A program made the translations under genes and the position numbers. From assembly GCA_965237625.1 (NCBI GenBank), contig CBDEGD010000006.1:52341-116340 (forward strand): a stretch of DNA of 64,000 nucleotides, given 5' to 3'. The first letter of the stretch is position 1; the number at the start of each line of letters is the position of its first letter. The DNA comes from Inquilinaceae bacterium. Its GTDB lineage: Bacteria; Pseudomonadota; Alphaproteobacteria; DSM-16000; Inquilinaceae. The notes below the pieces were generated by a model. It did not search any database and was not told where the DNA came from. It worked only from the letters and a program-made list of their open reading frames with translations. This document shows positions 1 through 8,415 of this stretch, one piece after another.

Positions 1-156
1 CTGGCAACGATGGTTGAGCGCAGGTCGGAGATGCGTCCGACTCGGACCAGGATGGATTCTCTTGCCAGGGTATATGGCTGGCCCGAGCAATCGCGAAAGT
101 TGCTGGCGCTATACGATCGCGTTGCATCGACCGCCGGCCTGCCCGGCAGGTTCTAA
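1..156 (+). CDS. 3' end of an unidentified CDS entering from upstream (possibly a glycosyltransferase C-terminus)
   Basis: Frame 1 is open from base 1 to TAA at 154-156 and translates ...DSLARVYGWPEQSRKLLALYDRVASTAGLPGRF*. It is not in the ORF track because it lacks a start. The function is a guess from the neighbouring sugar genes. Confidence 0.3.
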   Translation: MATMVERRSEMRPTRTRMDSLARVYGWPEQSRKLLALYDRVASTAGLPGRF

Positions 157-281
157 ATTCACCCTTTGGCTCCGTAGCGGTCTCGACGGGCGAGGCGATC
201 GAAAGGCTGCGAAGCGCAATCGATGTCCCTTGAACGTTAAGGATAGCTGCCGGACCGCCTGCGCATGAATAAGGTCTATGG

Positions 282-758
282 TCAGGCGTTGTCGGCCATC
301 CGTCGCAACAGCCTGGCGGGATTGCCAGCGTAGGTTCCGGGTTGGGTGATGTCCTTCGTGACGACTGCGCCGGCGCCGATGACGACATCGTCGCAGACGG
401 TCACCGGCAGGATGGTGGCATTGCTGCCGACGCTGACATGATTGCCAATCCGGGTTTCCCGCCATTTGCTCTTGTCGCCCCTGGCCGGCCCGCCATCCTG
501 GAACAGGTCGTTGACGAACATCACGCCGTGGCCGATGAAGCAATCATCGCCGATGGTGACCAGTTCGCAGATCAGGCTGTGCGACTGAATGCGGCACCGT
601 TTCCCGATCGTCACGGATTTCTGCACCTCGACGAATGGGCCGATGAAGCTGCCGTCGCCGATCTCGCAGCCATAGAGGTTGACCGGCGATACGATTGTCA
701 CGTCCCGGCCGAAGGTGACGCCGTGGATGCCGGCGGATCGGATCTCTGGTTCGCCCAT
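282..758 (-). CDS. Left-handed beta-helix (hexapeptide repeat) N-acetyltransferase, WbpD/WlbB-like
   Basis: ORF 282..905, trimmed to Met50 (MGEPEIRS) so that it starts after the upstream gene's stop at 829. Hexapeptide repeats are visible: IGDGSFIGPFVEV, IGKRCRIQSHSLI, IGDDCFIGHGVMF, IGNHVSVGSNATI, IGAGAVV. Confidence 0.8.
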   Translation of the reverse strand: MGEPEIRSAGIHGVTFGRDVTIVSPVNLYGCEIGDGSFIGPFVEVQKSVTIGKRCRIQSHSLICELVTIGDDCFIGHGVMFVNDLFQDGGPARGDKSKWRETRIGNHVSVGSNATILPVTVCDDVVIGAGAVVTKDITQPGTYAGNPARLLRRMADNA

Positions 759-828
759 GATGCCCGTTTCGGCTAGCGGCCTGACCGCACTGGCGGCGAT
801 GCCCAGCGGCTCGCGCCCGGAATCATCT

Positions 829-1899
829 TCATGATCGCCGACCCAGTCGTCCGTGCTTGGTCTCGAACCGCAGGCGGACCTCCTGGCCGGTTTCGATGGA
901 TTCATAGATCGCGCTGATCAGCTCCAGCGATTTGCGGCCCTCCAGCCCGTCGACCAGCGCCGGTTGGTTGCCCTCGATCGCCCCGATCACATGCCGTAGA
1001 TAGGCGAGATGGCCATAGCCATAGACGTTTGGCGGGTTCTCCCGAAACCGGCTGAGGACATCTTTTTCCTCGGCCTCTGTGGCATCGGTGAAACCCCAAT
1101 GGCGCATCTGGTTGACCGCGAACCCGCCGATCTCGACGGTGCCATTTTCGCCAAGGATCGACAGTGAGCCCTCCAGGTCCTTCGGCCGGGTCGCGGTTGT
1201 CGCCTCGACGATCCCGATCGCGCCACCCCGAAAGGTGATGACCGCGACCCCGGTGTCCTCGGTTTCGATGTCGACCAGGGCGGTTCGGGATTTGGCGAAT
1301 ACGGAAACCGGTTCGCCCAACATCCATTCCAGCAGGTCCACATGGTGGCTGGCCTGATTGGCGAATACACCGCCATCCATCGCCCAGGTGCCGCGCCAGG
1401 GATCCTGGTCGTAATAGGCTTGATCGCGGGACCAGCGGACCCGGACCGTTCCCATCACCAATCGGCCGAACCGCTTGGCGTCCAGCGCCTCGCGTAGCTT
1501 GAGGACCGGCAGGTTGTAGCGATTCTGTTTGACGACGAAGAGCCGGAGCCGGTTTTCGTCGCAGGCCCGGATCATCTCATCGGCGTCATCCAGGGTGAGG
1601 GCCATCGGCTTCTCGACCAGGATGTGTTTTCCATAGGGCGCCAGCGCCTTGCAATGGGCCGCGTGGAGCCCGCTCTCCGTCAGGATCGAGACCACGTCGA
1701 TGCGGTCGCCCAATGTGGACATCATCTCATGCATGTCGGTGAAGGCGGGCACATCGTACTTCTGCGCATAGGCCTCGGCGCGATCGGCCTTTACATCGCA
1801 GACCGCGGTCAGGCGCGCACCGTCCAGTTCGTCACCGGTCAGCAGTTCAGCGTGTTTACGCGCAATGCGGCCACACCCGACCATCGCGAAATTCAACAT
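829..1899 (-). CDS. Gfo/Idh/MocA-family NAD-dependent sugar oxidoreductase (WbpB-like)
   Basis: ORF 829..1944 with the likely start at MLNFAMVGCGRIARKHAELL, a Rossmann GxGxxA motif. The EKP motif (LVEKPMAL) is typical of the Gfo/Idh/MocA family. Confidence 0.8.
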   Translation of the reverse strand: MLNFAMVGCGRIARKHAELLTGDELDGARLTAVCDVKADRAEAYAQKYDVPAFTDMHEMMSTLGDRIDVVSILTESGLHAAHCKALAPYGKHILVEKPMALTLDDADEMIRACDENRLRLFVVKQNRYNLPVLKLREALDAKRFGRLVMGTVRVRWSRDQAYYDQDPWRGTWAMDGGVFANQASHHVDLLEWMLGEPVSVFAKSRTALVDIETEDTGVAVITFRGGAIGIVEATTATRPKDLEGSLSILGENGTVEIGGFAVNQMRHWGFTDATEAEEKDVLSRFRENPPNVYGYGHLAYLRHVIGAIEGNQPALVDGLEGRKSLELISAIYESIETGQEVRLRFETKHGRLGRRS

Positions 1900-1992
1900 G
1901 GCTTCGGTCTCTCTATATCGGCCCGGTATCGTAGCCCGTGCCAATCCCGATCGGGTCGTCCCGAATCGGTAGCCGCGAGGCGGCGCACGCGC

Positions 1993-3096
1993 TTACAGGG
2001 CATCGCGGATCGCGCCGGCGACCAGATCGATTTGCTGGTCCGTGATCTCCGCATAGATAGGCAGGCTGAGAACTTCAGTCGCGGCCCGTTCGGTCACCGG
2101 AAGGCTTCCCTCGGGGATGCCGAGATAAGTACAGGCGGGCTGCCGGTGCAGCGGCACTGGAAAGTGGATGCCGGTGGCGATTCCGTCGGCCTTGAGCGCA
2201 GCGGCCAGCCGGTCGCGATCGGGGGTGCGCACTACAAAGAGGTGCCAGACCGGTTCGGAATCCGGCTGGATGGCCGGCAGCCCGATATCCAACCCGTCCA
2301 GCAATTGCAGATAGCGGGCCGCGTGTTTGCGCCGGGCTTGGTTCCAGGCCTCCAAATGCTTCAGTTTGACGCTGAGAATAGCCGCCTGAAGGCCGTCCAG
2401 GCGGCTGTTGACCCCCTCAAAATCATGCAGGTATTTCTCACGCCGCCCATGATTGGCAAGCATGCGGATACGCTCGATCAGATCGGTGTCGTTGCTGACC
2501 ACGGCACCGGCGTCGCCATAGGCGCCCAAATTTTTGGACGGGAAAAAGCTGAAGCAGGCGATGTCGCCCATGCTGCCGGCACGGCGGCCGCGCCACTTTG
2601 CGCCATGGGCCTGCGCCGCGTCTTCGATTACATGGAGCCCATGCGCCTTGGCGACGGCGTTCACGGCGTCCATGTCGCAGGGATGGCCGTAAAGATGCAC
2701 CGGGACGATGGCCTTGGTTCTCTCCGTGATTGCGGCCTTCAGTTTTGTCGCATCCATCAGCAGGGTCGACGGATCCACGTCGACGAAGACCGGCCTCGCA
2801 CCGGTCAGTGAGATTGATTCTGCGGTTGCAAAGAAAGTGTGCGAGACCGTGACGACTTCATCTCCGGCACCGATACCAAGTCCCCGCAGGGCCAAATAGA
2901 GTGCGTCGGTTCCATTGGCCACGCCCACGCAGGCGGAAGCGTCGCAGAAGGCCGCGAACTCGGCCTCGAATCGGCGGAGTTGCTGGCCGCCGATGAAAGC
3001 CGTATTGGCGATAACGTCGGCAATCGCTGCGTCGATTTCAGCTTTGATGGTTGAGTATTGAGCCTTCAGATCGACGAGAGGGATATGGCTGGACAT
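1993..3096 (-). CDS. DegT/DnrJ/EryC1/StrS-family PLP-dependent sugar aminotransferase (WbpE-like)
   Basis: ORF 1993..3198 with the likely start at MSSHIPLVDLKAQY. Family motifs are present: FIGGQQLRRFEAEFA, NGTDALYLAL and FFPSKNLGAYGDAG (PLP-lysine region). Confidence 0.85.
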   Translation of the reverse strand: MSSHIPLVDLKAQYSTIKAEIDAAIADVIANTAFIGGQQLRRFEAEFAAFCDASACVGVANGTDALYLALRGLGIGAGDEVVTVSHTFFATAESISLTGARPVFVDVDPSTLLMDATKLKAAITERTKAIVPVHLYGHPCDMDAVNAVAKAHGLHVIEDAAQAHGAKWRGRRAGSMGDIACFSFFPSKNLGAYGDAGAVVSNDTDLIERIRMLANHGRREKYLHDFEGVNSRLDGLQAAILSVKLKHLEAWNQARRKHAARYLQLLDGLDIGLPAIQPDSEPVWHLFVVRTPDRDRLAAALKADGIATGIHFPVPLHRQPACTYLGIPEGSLPVTERAATEVLSLPIYAEITDQQIDLVAGAIRDAL

Positions 3097-3379
3097 CGTT
3101 TCGGCGCTCCGAGTGGCCGCCTTCGACAGCAGAAACCCGCCGGCCTTGCTCCGGCCACAGAGGTCTCGCTGTTGTCGGGTTCGACGAAGGAGTGACATGG
3201 TGATCGCTGTATATCGCCGTGATCTTGGTTATACAATTGTTATCCTTGGACCGCGATGCCGGCCGGCTGGGCCGGTTCGGACCCAATGCCGACGGCGACC
3301 GGCACCGCCTCGATACGGTCAGAGGATCCGTTCGTATCGATGTTGGTGTTGAGCCGCTCCAAAGCCGCCGGGTTTGGTT

Positions 3380-3512
3380 CTAGTGTCATGGTTTCGAAGT
3401 TCGGCACATTTCATGTGCCGGATTACGGAAGCTGAATGACACTAGAATCATACAGTTAGTGTCCCTTTGATACTGCAATTCGCTCATGCGAATTTCAGAA
3501 TCGGGACACTAG
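3380..3512. repeat. CTAG-bounded palindromic mosaic element, copy 1 (modules A+B)
   Basis: Module A at 3380-3445 is ctagtgtcatggtttcgaagttcggcacatttcatgtgccggattacggaagctgaatgacactag. Module B at 3457-3512 is tagtgtccctttgatactgcaattcgctcatgcgaatttcagaatcgggacactag. Both are imperfect hairpins. Near-identical copies occur at 29114-29246 and 38922-39056. Confidence 0.85.
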
Positions 3513-3700
3513 GGCCAGAATCCGGACGCCGCGCTCGCCCAGAGGCTGTTCAATTCGACATTGGCGCCGACATCGACGAAACGACCGCCGACCGGCAGCG
3601 TCGTGCGGATGAAATCATGCTCGGCACGGTCGAACAGCATCGGTGTGAAGAAATAGCGCCGTTCGCAGACATTGCCTTGCAGATGCACCCGCAGCCGCAT
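3509..3700 (-). pseudogene. Truncated N-terminal remnant of an FkbM-family methyltransferase
   Basis: The 63-aa ORF ends ...LPVGGRFVDVGANVELNSLWASAASGFWP*. The GxFVDVGAN motif is the SAM-binding start of FkbM-type methyltransferases, and the remainder of the domain is absent. The stop codon (cta at 3509-3511) is contributed by the terminal CTAG of the mosaic repeat. Confidence 0.4.
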
Positions 3701-4104
3701 GCCGTCGACAACATCGTCGACGATCTTGCGATGGGTCAGGATAAACAGCCGGCGCAGAAGATGTGCGAGGCATTTCCCGATGCCCCGGTTCGGCAGCCGG
3801 CGTATCCTTGCTGCGTCGTATTCTGCGTCGCTAACCTGGCTTTTTTGTCAATGCGATCAACCATTGCGGCCATCAGACTGGTCGGCGCCGCCAATCCCCG
3901 ACGATTGCCGAAGAGTCGGGAGCCGACTATAAGTCGATTCGCGGGACGTTCATGGCCTGCAACCGAAAGGTTGTGCGAGCGGCCCGGCGATCCTGGGGTC
4001 GCTGTGCCAGGGTTCGACCTTGCCGATGGGGCATGGCATCCGCCGCCCCGCCAAACGCCGATTCTGGCGGATTTCAGAGTGGAACCGGTATTCGGTGTGA
4101 CCCA

Positions 4105-5142
4105 ATGACCAAGCCTCTACGCATCGTTCTGGTCGCCAGCTTCAATTTCGGCGCCTATGGCCAGCGGTTCAACGCATCGGTCGATACAAAGGTGTTGAAC
4201 GGGCTGATCCGCTGTGGCCATTCCGTCTATCCGTTCAGCTATCGCGACGTAGCCCGGTTCGAGACTCCGTTTCGCACCAAGAGCCTTGGAAAAGGCCGGA
4301 TGAATCGGCGGCTGGTCGAGACCTGCGTGAATATCGAGCCCGACATCTTGTGGATGGGACACAGTGAGTTGGTGACGCCCGAGACCCTGGCGGAGCTCGG
4401 CGGACGTTTCCCCCATATGAAGCAGGTGCTGTGGTACCAGGATCCGTTGTGGGCGGAGGAAAAGCTTGCCCATGTCCACGCAAGGGTTCCCTATCTCGAC
4501 ACCGTATTCGTTTCGTCGGGCGACGCCCATATGCGGCCGTTCAAGACGCCGGACAATGTGGTCGCATTTTTTCCCGGGCCGACCGATCGCTCGATCGATC
4601 GGCATCGCAATTTCGAGGCGGTCGATCTCCCAATCGATCTGCTGTTCTGCGGGCGCGCAAACAAGGATGCCGCCGACCGGGCGGATTTCATGGGGGTGCT
4701 GCGCGATCGGCTGCACGACATCCGTTTCGACATCAACGGCATGTATGGCGCGCCGCTGGTGTTCGGCGCGGATTACGACAGGAAGCTGGGCGCCGCGCGC
4801 ATGGGCCTCAGCTACAGCCGGCGAAACGACTATTTCATGTGTTCCTCGGCCCGCCTTTGGCAGCTCGCCGGCAATGGGCTGCTGACATTCAGCCCTCGCG
4901 TCCCTGGTATGGAGCGCCTTTTCGGCGCCGACGAGGTGGTCTATTTCGACGGTGTCGACGAGTTGGTCGAGCAGGTGAGACGGTATCATGCCGACGATGC
5001 GGCGCGGCGACGCGTGGCCAAGGCGGGGTGGGAGCGAGCGCATTCCACATTCGCGGCCGAACGGGTTTGTCGTTACATGCTCGAGACGGTGATGCGGGAG
5101 CCCCATTCGGAGCCATATGAGTGGGGCGATCAGGTCATATGA
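4105..5142 (+). CDS. Glycosyltransferase-like protein (CgeB/DUF3880-like, GT1-type C-terminal half)
   Basis: ORF 3952..5142, trimmed to MTKPLRIVLVASFNFG. The C-terminal half (LLFCGRANKD...SARLWQLAGNGLLTFSP...VVYFDGVDELVEQVRRYHADDAARRRVAKAGWERAHSTF) resembles CgeB-type glycosyltransferases. The family call is from memory only. Confidence 0.5.
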   Translation: MTKPLRIVLVASFNFGAYGQRFNASVDTKVLNGLIRCGHSVYPFSYRDVARFETPFRTKSLGKGRMNRRLVETCVNIEPDILWMGHSELVTPETLAELGGRFPHMKQVLWYQDPLWAEEKLAHVHARVPYLDTVFVSSGDAHMRPFKTPDNVVAFFPGPTDRSIDRHRNFEAVDLPIDLLFCGRANKDAADRADFMGVLRDRLHDIRFDINGMYGAPLVFGADYDRKLGAARMGLSYSRRNDYFMCSSARLWQLAGNGLLTFSPRVPGMERLFGADEVVYFDGVDELVEQVRRYHADDAARRRVAKAGWERAHSTFAAERVCRYMLETVMREPHSEPYEWGDQVI

Positions 5143-5195
5143 CGGGGCCGCACCGCCTGACGGTCGAGATGCCGCACGAAGCGGGACACTGACAG

Positions 5196-6104
5196 ATGGC
5201 CCAGAAATCACCCGGACGCCGCCGGCTCGACCGTTGGGCATTCCACCCGCTGCAATCGGTGGCGATGCTCCTGTCCTATGGGCTCTTCCGGCTGCTGCCG
5301 ATCGATGCGGCGTCGGCGCTGGGCGGGTGGATCGGTCGCAGCGTGGGGCCGTGGCTGGCCGCGGCCAACCGGCGCGCCATGTACAATCTTTCGCTCGCCA
5401 TGCCGGAGCTGGAAGAGGAGCAACGCCGACGCATCGTCCGCGGCATGTGGGATAATATCGGCCGCACCTTCGGCGAATACCCGCATCTGATCACCATCCG
5501 TGACAGCGACCGGGTCGAGGTGGTCGGCGCCGAACATGTGCATGGCGCCGATGTATCCAAGCGCTCGCGGATCCTGATCGGCGGGCATGTCGGCAATTGG
5601 GAGGTCGCCGGCGCCTGGACGGCGAAGTATGTCGGCCGCATGACCTTCATCTACCGGGTGCCCAACAACCTGCTGGCGGATCGGTTGATCCAACGTATTC
5701 GGTCTGCCAGCGGCATTGTTCAGTACAGCAAGGGTTACGAGGGCACCAAGGGGGCCACCCGGGCGTTGGCCCGTGGCGACAATCTCGGCATGCTACTCGA
5801 CCAAAAACTGAACCAGGGCATCGCGGTGCCGTTCTTTGGCCGGGAGGCGATGACCACGCCGGCGCTGGCCTTGTTCGCCTTGCGGTTCGATTGCGCGGTG
5901 GTGCCTGCCAAGGTCGAGCGGGTTGGCGGGGCGCATTTCCGCATGATCATTTACCCGGCGCTCGAGATATCCCCGACAGGCGATCGCGATGCCGACGTCC
6001 TGGCGATCATGACCCGGGTCAACGAGATACTCGAGGGATGGATTCGGGAGCATCCGGAACAGTGGACCTGGATGCATCGGCGCTGGGTGGAGTCGATTCC
6101 CTGA
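5196..6104 (+). CDS. Lipid A biosynthesis lauroyl/acyl-transferase family protein (LpxL/HtrB family)
   Basis: 302 aa with an N-terminal membrane anchor (LLSYGLFRLLPIDAASALGGWIG), the catalytic-region motif GGHVGNWEV (HX4D/E-like) and a C-terminal EHPEQWTWMHRRW typical of this family. Confidence 0.75.
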   Translation: MAQKSPGRRRLDRWAFHPLQSVAMLLSYGLFRLLPIDAASALGGWIGRSVGPWLAAANRRAMYNLSLAMPELEEEQRRRIVRGMWDNIGRTFGEYPHLITIRDSDRVEVVGAEHVHGADVSKRSRILIGGHVGNWEVAGAWTAKYVGRMTFIYRVPNNLLADRLIQRIRSASGIVQYSKGYEGTKGATRALARGDNLGMLLDQKLNQGIAVPFFGREAMTTPALALFALRFDCAVVPAKVERVGGAHFRMIIYPALEISPTGDRDADVLAIMTRVNEILEGWIREHPEQWTWMHRRWVESIP

Positions 6105-6458
6105 TCGGCGACCCGATTCATTTTCGTTGCCGCCTGTGCAGCGGTGCCGGCTCAGGCGCCATGACCACCATGTGGCGAGTTGCCTCAAACGCTTCACCAC
6201 GAGTCGGACGTCAAGAGATCATGCGCGTCGATAAAAAGAACCGACCCGATATTCTAATTATGTCAAGTTTACGGCGAGCATTCGGCAGAATTAATGTTTT
6301 CTTTATCTTGCTGAGCTCAGTAACTATTTATTAATTAATCAAAAATGATTCAATTTTACGTTATCTTAACCAGCCTAGCCTTACTGTGATCCCAGCTAGT
6401 CGCTAGGGGTCCATCTGATGCCGAATGGGCATCGACTGCAAGGAAGGCGAGTTGACCG

Positions 6459-6695
6459 ATGAGCAATTTGGGATTTATCCGTGCCCTGCAACTTGACGCG
6501 GCCCAAAAGAATCAGAAGGAATCCGTCATCAAGGCAGGCCGTGAAGCCGAAGAACGGCTGGAGGAACTGCAGCTTCTGGGCGATCTGGAACAGGCTCATG
6601 TCGACGCCGACAAGGTCCTTTGCGACCTGTTGAGCGCGTTGGGTTTCAAGGAAGTGGTCGCGGAATTCGAAGCCATCGACAAGTATTACGGCTGA
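6459..6695 (+). CDS. Small hypothetical protein (78 aa, helical, acidic)
   Basis: A clean ORF preceded by the RBS-like aggaagg, with balanced non-repetitive composition. It lies in an AT-rich intergenic island and I recognise no family. Confidence 0.45.
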   Translation: MSNLGFIRALQLDAAQKNQKESVIKAGREAEERLEELQLLGDLEQAHVDADKVLCDLLSALGFKEVVAEFEAIDKYYG

Positions 6696-6742
6696 CATCT
6701 CGTCCCGCCGCGACCGGGCATACCATGCCGTCGCGTGCCCAG

Positions 6743-6780
6743 CCGTGACCGGCCATCCGTGACTGGCCATCCGTGACTGG
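6743..6780. repeat. 14-bp tandem repeat, about 2.7 copies (ccgtgacYggccat)
   Basis: Direct reading gives ccgtgaccggccat ccgtgactggccat ccgtgactgg. Confidence 0.7.
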
Positions 6781-6843
6781 ATCGCGCCTGCCAAAATATC
6801 TCTCCTGGAATTCTGAAGACCGAGGCCTATCCATTCCGGATGG

Positions 6844-6918
<75 letters not shown>

Positions 6919-7044
6919 ACATCCCAATGATCAACTCGCCTCGCAAGCGGTCGGGAAGCTACGCCCAGCCAAAGCGCCCGTCAATTCCCGTGTGTCTTTC
7001 CGCCCTATGCCACAAGACTTTCCAGGGGCGCATTATGCCCGATG

Positions 7045-8415
7045 TCACGGGCCGGCGGTGGTCGCCGGCGGCGCCAGCGCGGCGACCGGAGCACCGACTT
7101 TCGCCGCGGGAGTCGGAAGTTGGGCATCCGCCGGGCTGCGCCAAGCCAAGGTGTCGAAAGCATCGCATTGATGGCAGAGCGCGGCCCAGACCGTTTCCGC
7201 CGCCCCGCAGCGTTCGCAGACCCAGGCTGGATCGTTCGGCGCCTCTTCGGCTTTGGTCAGCCAGTTTCGGGCCGCCACGGCGTCGTCATGCTCGCCGGTT
7301 TCGAGCTCAGCCAGCAGGCGATAGATGCGTCGGCTGGGGGCGACCGACAGGGCCTTGGTCAAATGGCCACGCGCCGATCCCCATAGCTTGGCCGCCAAAG
7401 CGGCCTCGCCGAGCACCGGCAGCAATTCCGCCGCTTCCGGTTGGGCCTTGTATAGCCGGTCGAGGCGTTGCATCCGGTCCAGAGCCGACTCCCCGGCCGG
7501 CGCAATTTCCAGAAAGGCCTGCGCCAGGGCGGTGTGCGGCGCATGCGTCCAGGCCTTCTCCAGCAACCGGACCGCATTCTTGGTCTTGCCGGTGCCGGCC
7601 AGCAGACGGGCTTCGCGGATGGTTGCCGGCGCGAAATCCGGCATCAGCGAAGCGGCCTTGTGGGCATGGTCGAGCGCCGCCGTCGGATCGCCGGCCGATT
7701 CCGCCTCGCGGCTGCGCTCGATCAGGATGGCTGCCTTGTGCCGGCGTCCGGTGGTGCCGTCGATCGCCCTGGCCTTCACGGCGGTCGCCAGGGACCCCAG
7801 GGCGTTGGCCCATTTGCGCTGCCGGACCTCCAGATCGAAGGCGGCGACATGTACCCAGGCGGTGTTCGGCCGCATGGTCCGGGCCCGGTCGATCAGCGCC
7901 AGGGCCTTGACCCGGTCGTCCCGCTTCAGCGCCTGGTTGATCAGGCCGCGCAAGCCGAGGAATTCGGTCTCGCGGCGATCCAGCATGGCCTCGAAATATC
8001 GGGTAGCGGCCTGCTCATCGCCGGTGAGTTGGGCTGCCTGGGCCGACAGCAGCATGGTCAGGGGCGGCTCATCCAACAGCATGTCGGCCTTTTTGGCGAA
8101 GCGCCGGGCGGCTTCAGGATCGCCGGCAGCGACCGCCACCATGCCGTTGGTCAGCGCCCGATAGCCGCTTTCCCGGCGCGAGCCCGACCGGGCCCGCCAG
8201 ATCGCCCCGGGCGCCCGAACGATCCCGCGCCAGTAGCGGTAGATCAGCGCGGTGATCCCCATCAGCGCCAGAACGATCACCATCAGGGTCGCCACCGCGG
8301 TTTCGTAGACGGATCCCTGCCATTGGATTTGGACCTGCCCCGGCCGGTTCGCGAGCCATACCGCCAGGCCGACGGCCAGGGCGATCTTCACAATCACGAT
8401 TAGTGTGGGCCTCAT
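7045..8415 (-). CDS. hemY: HemY-like membrane protein (HemY_N domain plus TPR, C-terminal zinc-ribbon-like CxxC..CxxC)
   Basis: The N-terminus MRPTLIVIVKIALAVGLAVWLANRPGQVQIQWQG.. is followed by a second TM and TPR-like helices. The C-terminus carries WVCERCGAAETVWAALCHQCDAF. It is the last gene of the hemC-hemD-X-hemY cluster, and its start overlaps the upstream stop by 4 nt. Confidence 0.8.
   Translation of the reverse strand: MRPTLIVIVKIALAVGLAVWLANRPGQVQIQWQGSVYETAVATLMVIVLALMGITALIYRYWRGIVRAPGAIWRARSGSRRESGYRALTNGMVAVAAGDPEAARRFAKKADMLLDEPPLTMLLSAQAAQLTGDEQAATRYFEAMLDRRETEFLGLRGLINQALKRDDRVKALALIDRARTMRPNTAWVHVAAFDLEVRQRKWANALGSLATAVKARAIDGTTGRRHKAAILIERSREAESAGDPTAALDHAHKAASLMPDFAPATIREARLLAGTGKTKNAVRLLEKAWTHAPHTALAQAFLEIAPAGESALDRMQRLDRLYKAQPEAAELLPVLGEAALAAKLWGSARGHLTKALSVAPSRRIYRLLAELETGEHDDAVAARNWLTKAEEAPNDPAWVCERCGAAETVWAALCHQCDAFDTLAWRSPADAQLPTPAAKVGAPVAALAPPATTAGP

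Noticed and set aside
6105-6843. The AT-rich segment with a small ORF at the 3' side of tRNA-Thr as a genomic-island remnant
   Set aside because: It is only about 740 bp. It has no integrase and no direct repeat of the tRNA 3' end that I could find by eye. I kept it only as context for the AT-rich tracts.
6927-7910. A 327-aa Pro/Arg-rich ORF, plus several others between 7307 and 8403, overlapping hemY
   Set aside because: The extreme Arg/Pro/Ala/Gly composition is typical of off-frame or antisense translation of GC-rich DNA. The hemY frame has clear TM, TPR and zinc-ribbon features.
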